Source of the DNA: Octopus bimaculoides
Lineage: Eukaryota
DNA: 38,589 nucleotides
Direction: 5' to 3'
NCBI RefSeq assembly: GCF_001194135.2
Contig: NC_068987.1
Span: 62,419,882 to 62,458,470 of the forward strand
Numbering within the stretch: the first letter of the stretch is position 1; each line of letters starts with the position of its first letter. The notes under the pieces are model-generated. The model worked only from the letters and a program-made list of their open reading frames with translations, was not told where the DNA came from and ran no database searches. Shown here piece after piece: positions 11,863-23,339 of the stretch. The translations under genes and the position numbers were made by a program.

Positions 11863-12646
11863 AGTTATATGCAGAAATACTATTCCTTTGATATATATGT
11901 ATGTACATATATATATGTATACACACACACACACANNNNNNNNNNNNNNNNNNNNNNNNNNNNNNNNNNNNNNNNNNNNNNNNNNNNNNNNNNNNNNNNN
12001 NNNNNNNNNNNNNNNNNNNNNNNNNNNNNNNNNNNNNNNNNNNNNNNNNNNNNNNNNNNNNNNNNNNNNNNNNNNNNNNNNNNNNNNNNNNNNNNNNNNN
12101 NNNNNNNNNNNNNNNNNNNNNNNNNNNNNNNNNNNNNNNNNNNNNNNNNNNNNNNNNNNNNNNNNNNNNNNNNNNNNNNNNNNNNNNNNNNNNNNNNNNN
12201 NNNNNNNNNNNNNNNNNNNNNNNNNNNNNNNNNNNNNNNNNNNNNNNNNNNNNNNNNNNNNNNNNNNNNNNNNNNNNNNNNNNNNNNNNNNNNNNNNNNN
12301 NNNNNNNNNNNNNNNNNNNNNNNNNNNNNNNNNNNNNNNNNNNNNNNNNNNNNNNNNNNNNNNNNNNNNNNNNNNNNNNNNNNNNNNNNNNNNNNNNNNN
12401 NNNNNNNNNNNNNNNNNNNNNNNNNNNNNNNNNNNNNNNNNNNNNNNNNNNNNNNNNNNNNNNNNNNNNNNNNNNNNNNNNNNNNNNNNNNNNNNNNNNN
12501 NNNNNNNNNNNNNNNNNNNNNNNNNNNNNNNNNNNNNNNNNNNNNNNNNNNNNNNNNNNNNNNNNNNNNNNNNNNNNNNNNNNNNNNNNNNNNNNNNNNN
12601 NNNNNNNNNNNNNNNNNNNNNNNNNNNNNNNNNNNNNNNNNNNNNN

Positions 12647-12685
<39 letters not shown>

Positions 12686-12688
<3 letters not shown>

Positions 12689-13002
12689 ACTGCGTGGCAC
12701 CTTGGGCAAGTGTCTTCCCCGGGCCGAAAAAGGCCTTGTGAATGGATTTGGTAGACGAAAAATGAAAGAAGCCCGTCGTATGCGTGTGTGTGTGCGTGCA
12801 TGTGTGTCTGTGTTTGTCTCCCCACCAACTATCGCTTGACAACTGGTGTTGTTGCGTTTACGTCCTCGTAACTTAGCGGTTTGGCAAAATAGACCGGTGG
12901 AATAAGTAGACTTACAAAGAATAAGTCTTCGGGTCGATTTGTTCGACTAAAGTCGCTGCTCTAGCATGGCCGCAGTCAAAAGACTGAAACAATTAAAAAA
13001 AA
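12686..13002 (+). mobile_element. SINE family A copy (head truncated)
   Basis: ggcaccttgggcaagtgtctt...ggatttggtagacg...aagcccgtcgta (TG)n ...catggccgcagtcaaaagactgaaaca. Confidence 0.85.
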
Positions 13003-13031
13003 GTATGTGAATATGAATAAATAAATAAATA

Positions 13032-13067
<36 letters not shown>

Positions 13068-13099
13068 TGTATGTATGTATGTGTGTGTGTGTGTGTGAC

Positions 13100-13320
13100 T
13101 GTGTCTTTGTATTTGAATCTGTTTCCCCATTGCTCGACAACTGGTGGTGGTTTGTTTACTTCCCTATAATTTAGCAGTTCGGCAATAATATGCCGATAGA
13201 ACAGATAGCAGACTTTAAAAACTGAAGTACTGGGGTCGATTTGTTGGACTAAAACTGTTCAGAGTGGTGCCCCAGAATGGCTGCAGTCCAATGAATGAAA
13301 TAGGTAAAAAGGTAACATAA
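13100..13320 (+). mobile_element. SINE family A, 3' half
   Basis: ctcgacaactggtggtggtttgtttac...ggggtcgatttgttggactaaaa...gtggtgccccagaatggctgcagtccaatgaatgaaa. Confidence 0.75.
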
Positions 13321-13604
13321 AAATGATACTGAAAGTCACAAATGGTAGAAATACACTTTGTTCGCCTTCTCTATTAACATATAAACATTTCCCGATATTT
13401 TGCAATCTCACTTATACGCATGTTTGGCAATATAAAACTGTGGCTGTTATACCTGGGTACATGTGCACCTGGAAGAACCAGCATGATTATTTATTCTGTG
13501 TGTAGCTATAAACATTTATGTTTTCACTAGTCTCTTTCTGTACATACACACGCACGCACACACACATACGCACGCACACACAGACAGAGACAGAGACAGA
13601 GACA

Positions 13605-13649
<45 letters not shown>

Positions 13650-13671
13650 TGTATATATATATATGTATATA

Positions 13672-14075
13672 TTGTCGTCCAAATTACGTAAATATGAAAA
13701 TAACACTGGCATCTCATTTTAAGAGATATATTTACCAAAATTTACATTAAAATATCTTGAAATACTAAACAGTAAATTTATTAAATAAAAACGCCATTGG
13801 CTTCAGCCCCAGCCTCCAGACAACTTCAGAATCTCCTGCAACTCTTCTGGACTGTCTCCTTGTTTAAGGTGGTGAATGCTGTCATAATACTTGCCTTCAT
13901 TTCATCTTTGATGTTACAAGGAGTTTTGACTCTCACTCAGCTGCACCCCACAGATAATAATCAAGACATTTTAAGGTCCACAAAGACCAGAACTTTACTG
14001 CAGCTCTTGGTGGTCTAAATTGGATATGCAATTTATGTGGATGTTTTTTCAAAACATTGTCTTGTTTAAAAAGCC
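13672..14075 (-). mobile_element. maT/DD37D-type Tc1/mariner transposase 3' remnant
   Basis: Minus strand reads ..CLDYYLWGAAE*E SKTPCNIKDEMKASIMTAFTTLNKETVQKSCRRF*SCLEAGAEANG, matching the maT C-terminus (PLDYYVWGAVE..KDELKARI..ACRRFRSRLEAVVEANG). Confidence 0.75.
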
Positions 14076-14093
14076 ACATCAGACGTGTGTATA

Positions 14094-14132
<39 letters not shown>

Positions 14133-14143
14133 GTGTGTGTGTA

Positions 14144-14833
14144 CAAGGGTTTCCCAAAATAATGGAAACACCTTAAAATTTCAAACAAATTTATTTAAAT
14201 ACGGGGTAGGACAACCTTTGGCAGTAATTACAGCTTGAATTCTACGAGGTATGGACTCGTACAAAGTTTGAGTTGTTTCCAAAGGAAATTTTGTCCATTC
14301 TTCAGCTAAAACAGTCTCTAGTTGTTGTAGTGATGATGGTGGAAGATATCGACTCCTTACTTGTTTTTCTAAAATGCACCATAAATGTTCAATAATATTG
14401 AGATCTGGGGACTGTGGTGGCCAGATAAGAAGTTCAACTTCTCTAGAATCTTCCACGTGCCATTCAGAAACAACTTTAGCTGTGTGAATTGGTGCATTAT
14501 CCTCTTGAAAGATTGCGCTTCTCATCGGAAACAGTTCCGCAACCATAGGATGAATTTGATCAGATAAAATGCTTAAGTAGTCTTGACTATTAATTCTGCC
14601 ATGAAGGGAAACCATTGGGCCAGCGGATTTCCAAGATATAGCCCCCCACCCCAGTTCATCACAAATCCTCCTCCGTGTTTAACAGTTGGAAGAAAGCAGT
14701 CTGGATCAAATGCTTCTTTTGGCTGTCTCCACACGTATACTCAGCCGGTTGTCGGAAATAAGGTAAAGGATGAATCGTCCGAGAAAATAACATTCTTCCT
14801 CTGCTCTAGGGATCAATTCTGTAGGTTTTTCTG
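14144..14833 (-). mobile_element. Tc1-family transposase 3' portion with terminal inverted repeat; D..E spacing of 36 residues
   Basis: TA (14142-14143) then caagggtttcccaaaataatggaaacacc TIR. ORF 14181-14615 has FQEDNAPIH...WPPQSPDLNIIEHLW. The frameshifted upstream part has VIFSDDSSF and PTVKHGGG. Confidence 0.9.
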
Positions 14834-14834
14834 A

Positions 14835-15429
14835 CAGTGGATCAAAAAAGCAAATGTTTGTAAGGAAGTCAACGACGGAGGGAAAAAGTTGTTTACTTGC
14901 TCCAAGATAATCTTATTAGAGAAAGACCCAAGTATATGAAGCAACAGACACTGAACGATATATTCAAGAAATAGCTAGGAAGCAGGAAGCAGCAGAAGCA
15001 GCAGTGTCCACACTTGATAATCCACTGCCATCAACTTCAAGTCTACCAGATGTGCTGTCACCACCATCAACATTTCCTCCACAGGTTGATGCTGTTCCTG
15101 TTGCTGAGGATGTCAGTGACGAAGATGATGATCCCGACAGCCCATCTGCTATCTAGCTTCTTTTCGAGGGTACAATAATGATTAAAATTCTAAGGAACTA
15201 TTTATTAAGTTGAATTAAAATTCTGTAGAACTACTTTATTTACATAGTGAATATTAAAATTTCTTTTGCTTTTAATTTAGTGTTTAATTTTCTTTCTGTA
15301 AAGGACTATACAGGTTGTAATGTTCTGTTAAATATATACAGCATATATAACCATAAAAAAAATCAGGCATTTTTGAAAATCCAGCACTCCTTCGGTTCGG
15401 AGGTTGCCGGATTTTTTAATGTCAACTTG
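14835..15429 (+). mobile_element. pogo/Tigger-like transposon 3' remnant with right TIR
   Basis: Frameshifted peptide KANVCKEVNDG..TCSKIILLEK / MKQQTLNDIFK / ..PSTSS..DVSDEDDD* resembles Tigger C-termini. End ...atccagcactccttcggttcggaggttgccggattttttaatgtcaacttg|TA resembles a Tigger-type TIR. Confidence 0.55.
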
Positions 15430-15686
15430 TATATCAGAAAACAATGAAACAAACTTGTAAATTGACTAAATATGCATTTCTCGTCTAAATCTGTGAGGGA
15501 AGCCTAGAAAATTTGTGAGGAAAACCTTAGGAAAGTCACTCACTTGAAAAGAAAAAAATGTTGACAACGTGTCTGATGGCTTAACACGGCTGAAAAGCAA
15601 GCGGTACCATATCTGCTTTCTCTGTCTTTGTCACGCACTCATTTTGTTCTGTGCCTTTTTTTTTTGCGCTCACTTCTCAAAAATAA

Positions 15687-16060
15687 CGGTTGGCACTCCC
15701 TCGGTTACGACGACGAGGGTTCCAGTTGATCCGATCAACGGAACAGCCTGCTCGTGAAATTAACGTGCAAGTGGCTGAGCACTCTACAGACACGTGTACC
15801 CTTAACGTAGTTCTCGGGGATATTCAGCGTGATAAGGCTGGCCCTTTGAAATACAGGCACAACAGAAACAGGAAGTAAGAGTGAGAGAAAGCTGTGGTGA
15901 AAGAGTACAGCAGGGTTCGCCACCATCCCCTGCCGGAGCTTCGTGGAGCTTTAGGTGTTTTCGCTCAATAAACACTCACAACGCCCGGTCTGTGAATCGA
16001 AACCGCGATCCTACGAGCACGAGTCCTCTACCCTAACCACTGGGCCATTGCACCTCCACT
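15687..16060 (-). mobile_element. Full-length tRNA-derived SINE, family C (octopus OK/OR-like), with target-site duplication
   Basis: Minus-strand A box TGGCCCAGTGG and B-box-like GGTTTCGATTC. Flanked by direct repeat ctcaaaaataa at 15676-15686 and 16061-16071. Confidence 0.9.
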
Positions 16061-16749
16061 CTCAAAAATAATAGAATATAAATAAAATAACATCACTGTT
16101 CTTACTGTGACTGAGAGCAAGCAGTAAAAAAATTGCTTTACTTTACCTTTCTTTCCTCTGACCACTTTATACTAACAAATGAAGGAATGCGAAATAAAAG
16201 TAAATGTGACTACTATGAATCTAGTGAAAATTATCAATAATCAATTATATATTATGCAAAAATTATTTATTGTGGAAAAATAGTTAAGCATACAGTGTAT
16301 GCGTTACATATATAGACCCTTCGTCCCTGATACACACACACGGGCACGCACATACATTCATACGTACATATACGCACATATACTTTCATATATTTAATAG
16401 GTTCGTTATTCCTGGACAAAGTAATTTGCAAGCCTCCAGTTGTCATCAACAGGTTACTACTAAAGTAACAAATGAATGCCTTCTTACACATCAGGTTAAA
16501 CGGGTATTTTAAAGTATTAACCATTCCTATTTTCAATGGAGACACCCGAACCATCGTGCTACTCGATTACTGAAACTGTACGCATACAATTTCACTGTGT
16601 TACAAAGATTTTATAACAGGAAAACAAAAGCGTTTCTAGTTAATTTTTGTTCCATTATTTCAAATTTCTCGGAGAACAGTTCTTCTGAAAATCCAGCTAG
16701 TGAACAGGAAACAGAGGAAAATTGACCATACGTTGCAGAGGTTTGTACT

Positions 16750-17420
16750 TACCTACATCACCTAAGTCAAGTACAGTTAAATGACTTAATATACGATCTG
16801 AAATTAGCAAAAACAAATAAATAAATCTGTATGAATATTCAAACAGCATACTTCCCTATATTTTTGACATCGTCATATGAAGTATTGGCTTTTTTATGCA
16901 ACAAATGAATTTTATGCAATGCTATCAACGATCTGATGCAAGAAACTGGCTGTGACTCTTTTACTGTGTGAACCAGTAGAAAATTTTCATCGATTCTAGT
17001 AAAATGAATCGTAAAGCTGTCTTACTGCACAATGCCAGCGATAAACATTCTATACCTGTAACATATTCCGTTAACATTATTTAAGCATGACTAATATAAC
17101 ATGACATAGGAACATAACAAAGTGTGCATATGAATTATAAAGCGTGCAGAAAAAGAAAAAAAGATATCTTTAGTTACACAAAATACGGACGCGTTTTTTG
17201 TGTTTTGTTTTTATCAAATATGAATCCATTATCACTAATTCAGACGGAAACTTTAGTTCCCATGACTGTAAAAGGAAAAAAAGATGTCGAATTTCTTACC
17301 TAGTATTATACACAAGAATGCACAGCCCTTCGAAGTAAACTAAGAAGTACTTCAAGTAATATGAAAATAAATATTTCGCAGATGCAGCAAAACTAAAATT
17401 TAGTGTTGTAACAAAGGAAT
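16750..17420 (+). mobile_element. Chapaev3-like (CMC) transposase remnant
   Basis: Manual translation gives HLSQVQLNDLIYDLKLAK (from 16753), FIDSSKMNRKAVLLHN (16986-17033), SYTKYG (17172-17189) and AKLK. These match the family motifs SELNDLVRDL / FIDSSKRSLKAVLLHNG / GYTKYCCFLC. Confidence 0.65.
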
Positions 17421-17544
17421 GAAAGAGCAGGAAGTATTCATATTGCTGAGTATACATATCCAATGTAAGCACAAGTAAGAGCATGTTGCATAGAAAGAAA
17501 TGATGTTATACAGACACTGATGTTAGTGTGTGTGGCGGTGGGGG

Positions 17545-18218
17545 AGGGGTTGTTTCTGGATCACTGCATTTAATTTATCCAGCAAGTCACAGTATACATC
17601 TAAATTGATGGTCCTGTTCGTGAAAAGACAACACTCTTCCAATCCTACCAAACAGAAAGTATAATCTGTTCGGGAGGCAATCCTGCTTTGGAGGTTGTTT
17701 GCGGCAGTTCACCGCGCTTCCCCCATGATTATTTGCCTTTCATACTATTATAGACGATCCATATTTTCTCTCTGTCACCTTTCTCTTCAAAGAAAAAAAA
17801 AAGAATCGTTTTCTTCACGTCTTTGCAACGAATCTCAGATGGAAAACCATTGGAGTAGGTTAGCCTCATTCAACTGATGAGGGATCTGAACATTGAGCCC
17901 GCTGGCGTGATCGATTAGATGCAGATGGTTTTCAACACTCGATTTGGATATTTGGGGATTATCTGGATCATTCTTGTCCTAAAATGGGGTTTGGTATCGT
18001 TGTACCGTTGTTAATGTCAGCTGGCCAGCCAGAACCGAAAAGTCTAGAACAGAAAAATTTCTCGATCGATTTCTTGGAAACTACTTCTGACACGCACATC
18101 CGAACCAGCATCCTCTCCATACACAGTGTATATCTTCCTGCAATTTTCCACTGCTTTCTCACCATTTTTTTAAAGTAAAAAGCATGAGGTGTCGATAATA
18201 TTCGTTTTGGTTCTCCAT
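17545..18218 (-). mobile_element. Mariner (DD34D-type) transposase remnant, N-terminus to first catalytic region
   Basis: Starts ATG at 18218: MENQNEYYRHLMLF..K, then VYGED, GRP, IPHQLNE, and TINLDVYCDLLDKLNAVI. Many frameshifts. Confidence 0.75.
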
Positions 18219-19269
18219 TTTCAGGTTTATCCCTTGTACACAAAATACTACATGTTTAATCGTAAGTTCGCGTCGAACTACGTTGAAGTGTCAAGTATTT
18301 AACGAGAGCAGCCGGGACATAACGTACGGAATCGTCTACATTGTACTGTACTCTGAGAGCAAGTTGAAAAAGAAGGCCATGATTAGTTGCTGCCTTGAAC
18401 TTTGTGTCACGATATTTGGAACGGCGCAAAGAAATTGTTACTATAAAAAATATTGGCAACAGCACTGACGTACTGACTCTGAGCCCGTCGCTACTTTTGT
18501 GACAGAAAATGGCCGGGATGTAACACCAAAGTAACCAGAAAGGATAATGTGCTGGAGCGAGACTTTCATGCACATAGAACTCTCAACGACACCGAATATT
18601 GCAGAGTCAATTTGGAAATGTACTTTGTTGGGAATACATAAAGAAAATCACGAGACGTGCTGCATGCTACATTTGTATCATTAAGCGCTACTTGAGAGTT
18701 TTCTGACATAAGATATCGAAAGACAATGAAGATTTAGGCAGCAACACCGTCATTATCATAATCATCAACAACAGCAACATACCATGATAGCTGCTGCTCC
18801 CAGAGAAACACTGGAAATGGTGGAAGAAATCACCTTAGTTTCAGTTCCAAGGATTAGCGAACAGGGCCTCCATTCGCAATCCTAACCAGTACCTCATCGT
18901 CCTGTAATGATGATAATGAGATGGAGCATGATCAGGGATGATATATTCTCAGGAAAATGAGGAAGAACGAGCCCATTGAGAAGGTGTTGAGAGCAAACAG
19001 AAAGAAGACAACTTCCTCTCAGAATAATCCAAGATGGAGAAGCTGATCCTTTTCTACGAAGCCAAGCAATCATGCAATTTATTGAGGTGGTTTTAATATA
19101 GAATCACATTCGCATAAGCTATGTACAGTATCATGCTTTAGATATAATGCATAATGTAGGACTATTTCAATAGGGTCAAAGACATCTAGGATGCAAAAAC
19201 TATATATGTGAGTGTATATATGATGCACTAGCATATTTGTATATCTACGTCTATGTGTTTCCATATGCA

Positions 19270-19311
19270 TGGTACATACATACATACATACATACATACA
19301 TACAAACATAA

Positions 19312-19342
<31 letters not shown>

Positions 19343-19499
19343 GTATGTATATATGTAAATATATATAAATGATGTATAAGGAAAGGAAAATTGTAGGTGT
19401 AGACGGTTTGTAATTCATAATCCATGTTGGTACAGAACCAATATACATTAAACAAATTGATTCGGAGTCAATATGTATGTATATATGTACGTATGTATG

Positions 19500-19530
<31 letters not shown>

Positions 19531-19678
19531 GTATGTATGTATGTATGTATGTATGTATGTGTGTGTGTATGAGTGTGTGTGTACATATACGTACACAGAT
19601 ATATAGATAGATAGAGAGAGAGGTAGATAGATAGAATAGAAAAGATATATATATGTGTGTATATATATACATACATAA

Positions 19679-19753
<75 letters not shown>

Positions 19754-19756
19754 GAA

Positions 19757-19789
<33 letters not shown>

Positions 19790-19995
19790 TAGATATAGAT
19801 AGATAGATAGAATACAAAAGATGGATAGATTGATAAATACACACATACATACATACGTACATACATACATGCCTACATACATGCCTACATACATGCCTAC
19901 CTTCCTACCTACCTACCTACCTACATACATGCAGGCATACATACATACATACATACATACATACATACATACATACATACATACATACATACATA
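19270..19995. repeat. Compound microsatellite block (CATA/TATG/TAGA/CAGA/CCTA/TA)
   Basis: Directly visible. Confidence 0.95.
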
Positions 19996-20302
19996 CGTGG
20001 TCGTCTGAGGTATTGCGTGTATGAAAGACGAATGTAGAAAGAGTACTACTTGAATACGACTTTTAACTTTTAACTTTGTTCTGTGGCAATCAAACCAAGA
20101 ATGGGAATATGCAACATCTGAGAGGAAAGCGACAAAGATATTGCTAAAGTTAAAACTATTTTAGTTCCGTATTATATATTAAGTAAGCCATTGTACGAAA
20201 AGCCTTCATAATCCAATATGCACATAATGATAACATTTCAAGAGATATTTAAAGAAAATTATGGCTGACGTCTTCATTAGAGCGCTCATAAGACGTCTAT
20301 AC

Positions 20303-20384
20303 ATTCAGACAGCTGATTTGTCTATTGTATGGCCTTTTCAGCATGTTTTCTTCAATATCTGTCCTACGGCCGATCAACATATTC
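20303..20384 (-). CDS. Candidate internal exon of an unidentified host gene (NMLIGRRTDIEENMLKRPYNRQISCLN)
   Basis: Strong acceptor tatatttcgttgcAG|G. 82 bp = 1 nt + 27 codons, open. Donor GTATAG is weak. Phase-compatible with 27826-27910. Confidence 0.3.
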
Positions 20385-21770
20385 CTGCAACGAAATATAT
20401 AAAATATATACATAAAATATTATGAGGACTATATATTAATATNNNNNNNNNNNNNNNNNNNNNNNNNNNNNNNNNNNNNNNNNNNNNNNNNNNNNNNNNN
20501 NNNNNNNNNNNNNNNNNNNNNNNNNNNNNNNNNNNNNNNNNNNNNNNNNNNNNNNNNNNNNNNNNNNNNNNNNNNNNNNNNNNNNNNNNNNNNNNNNNNN
20601 NNNNNNNNNNNNNNNNNNNNNNNNNNNNNNNNNNNNNNNNNNNNNNNNNNNNNNNNNNNNNNNNNNNNNNNNNNNNNNNNNNNNNNNNNNNNNNNNNNNN
20701 NNNNNNNNNNNNNNNNNNNNNNNNNNNNNNNNNNNNNNNNNNNNNNNNNNNNNNNNNNNNNNNNNNNNNNNNNNNNNNNNNNNNNNNNNNNNNNNNNNNN
20801 NNNNNNNNNNNNNNNNNNNNNNNNNNNNNNNNNNNNNNNNNNNNNNNNNNNNNNNNNNNNNNNNNNNNNNNNNNNNNNNNNNNNNNNNNNNNNNNNNNNN
20901 NNNNNNNNNNNNNNNNNNNNNNNNNNNNNNNNNNNNNNNNNNNNNNNNNNNNNNNNNNNNNNNNNNNNNNNNNNNNNNNNNNNNNNNNNNNNNNNNNNNN
21001 NNNNNNNNNNNNNNNNNNNNNNNNNNNNNNNNNNNNNNNNNNNNNNNNNNNNNNNNNNNNNNNNNNNNNNNNNNNNNNNNNNNNNNNNNNNNNNNNNNNN
21101 NNNNNNNNNNNNNNNNNNNNNNNNNNNNNNNNNNNNNNNNNNNNNNNNNNNNNNNNNNNNNNNNNNNNNNNNNNNNNNNNNNNNNNNNNNNNNNNNNNNN
21201 NNNNNNNNNNNNNNNNNNNNNNNNNNNNNNNNNNNNNNNNNNNNNNNNNNNNNTATATATATATATATATATATATATATCTATATATATATATATATAT
21301 ATTTCTTTCCCTATGTATATATGTATGCATGTATATTTATTGATGTATGCTATTCAGTTTTATTTCAAGATTTCTTGCCAATAGAGAAAGAGCCGTTTTC
21401 TAACCTAAATGTAAGCTCCTTGATTGGAATTTCAGCAACATTAACACGGTATTTTTGTACGTATGTGTGTAGATGTCAGTATTTGGAGTTAGTGCACGTG
21501 CAGATTTATATGTTTTGTTTTATGTTTGTATTCTCAGGAATATACTTGCATGTCTATATATGCACATATATACTGGAAAGTTTTACAAATTTTTACCGTT
21601 TAGAAACGTGTGTGTTTATTTATTCATTTCTATTAAAAGAGCAAAGAACAAGTTTGAAATTATTGTTAAGGATGATGCCGATAGGATATTCACTGTATAA
21701 GGCAGCAAATTTTAGAATAAGGTAGTTAGGAACAGTAATAAGAGAGGAAAGACCAACAAGAAGTTAGTAA

Positions 21771-21858
21771 TCTTACTATAATGGGCATTATGTCCGTCTG
21801 TCTGTCCGTCTGTCTGTCAGTCTGCTTGTCTGTCTGTGTGTCTGTGTGTCTGTCTGTG

Positions 21859-21897
<39 letters not shown>

Positions 21898-22412
21898 TCC
21901 CTCTTCACGGTCGAACGGCTGGATCATAGGTCATGATGTTTTTCGGGATTATGAAGAAAGTAATCAGGAAGGTTTTTAGCGAAAAAATGTGAAAAAGTTT
22001 GATTATTTGGTGGATAATGAGTTTTGTAATAATAAATCACTTTTGATGTTTTTGTTAGATTTCCGGTACGAGGATTAATTTTGGTTCCCCGCCCCGTATA
22101 GTTCGAGAATTTAGAGGGTTTAGATTTGTGGACTTGCTATCTTACTATAATGGGCGTTATGTTCGTCTGTCCGTCTCTTTGTTCTCTCTTCACGGCTACG
22201 AAATTTTTGGGATTACAAAGACGTTCGCCAGGAAGGTTTTTAGTATTAAAAATCAGAAAGTATGATTATTTCGTGGATATCGATTTTTGAATTGATAAAC
22301 TACCACCTTCGCATTTTTATTAAAAATTCACCGACCACGAGTAACTCTGGATTTTCACCGTATACTTCGTGGGCCCCATCGTAGATACGAAGGGGGTCGC
22401 GAGCACGGTTAG
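21771..22412 (+). mobile_element. Non-autonomous Helitron-like element with duplicated 5' end and internal (TCTG)n microsatellite
   Basis: a|TCTTACTATAATGGGC at 21771 and 22140, each followed by tccgtctgt..ctcttcacgg..ccaggaaggtttttag-like sequence. 3' end gtcgcgagcacggTTAG|t at 22412 (CTRR variant, A|T target). Confidence 0.65.
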
Positions 22413-22629
22413 TAGCGAAAATAAACTGGAAAAAGTGTCAGTATATAGTGTGTGTGATTATTTAGTGGTGATTGAAGTGTGTCAGTCTCGAGCAGGATTC
22501 GAAACAGCTAATCGAAGCGGTTGTTGTTTACATCTCAGTTTTGTCAATCAAAATAACCCACGGTACCAGAACATCCAGACATTATTCACATAGAACAGTG
22601 AGAAGTAAGTCTTAGTTTGATCTTTTGCA

Positions 22630-22826
22630 ACCCTAAAGATTCCGCTCGCGCATTCACAGCAAACAAGGCACAGAGCAAGACTTTAGATCGTGTAGGTGTA
22701 TTTTCACCCACTCCGATGTTTACACATGGCCAGTTATACGTTGCTATGAGTAGAACAACGGACTCCAGTAACTTGAAAATTAGTGTCGACCAAACAGAAA
22801 ATATCGTCTACAAAGAAGTTTTGTAA
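22630..22826 (+). mobile_element. Helitron Pif1-like helicase C-terminal remnant
   Basis: AFTANKAQSKTLDRVGVF..PMFTHGQLYVAMSR...TENIVYKEVL* matches the Helitron RepHel end (TINKSQGQTL..VF.HGQLYVALSR..TKNIVYKEVL*). Confidence 0.9.
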
Positions 22827-23339
22827 TCATATTGATATTATCGAAAGGAATATCATTCATAAGTTAAATAAAGAAATTTGTGAACTTTGAATGTGTAAGA
22901 GAATAAACAAGCGTAAAAAAAATGTAAACAACTAAAATAAAAGTACATCTAAATAACATTTTTTTTCTGAATACTTTTTATGTAGTGGTCGAAGGAAACT
23001 CTTGCTTTCGTTAGGAGTGGTCCACATAACCATTCATGATACAGAGGTTAGGAGCCTATTTCACTTCGGGAGTGAATCGTCATCACATGTCACTTAGTCG
23101 CAAAAACATGCCATATAGCTGCAATAGAATGTTGTATCACCAACAATAATGTGATTTCTCTAAGACATCACCCAGTAATCTGTCAAGTCCATTTACATAT
23201 TTCTCAATGCATACTGCTGTTATGACTTCTCTCCCTCATTTTATGCCTACATCGTAGATGGGTAGATTTGTTAGTAAGTTTAATTAATGTAATATTTGTA
23301 AACGTGACACGTATTGTGAATTAAATAACTAACTAAGAA

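Noticed and set aside
15990-16060. tRNA-like sequence with A and B boxes
   Set aside because: It is the head of a SINE with body and TSD, not a tRNA gene; the same applies to 11514-11590, 32722-32790 and 35111-35190.
17874-17895. CTGATGAG motif suggesting a hammerhead core
   Set aside because: No GAAA or closing stems follow, and it lies within mariner coding remnant on the other strand.
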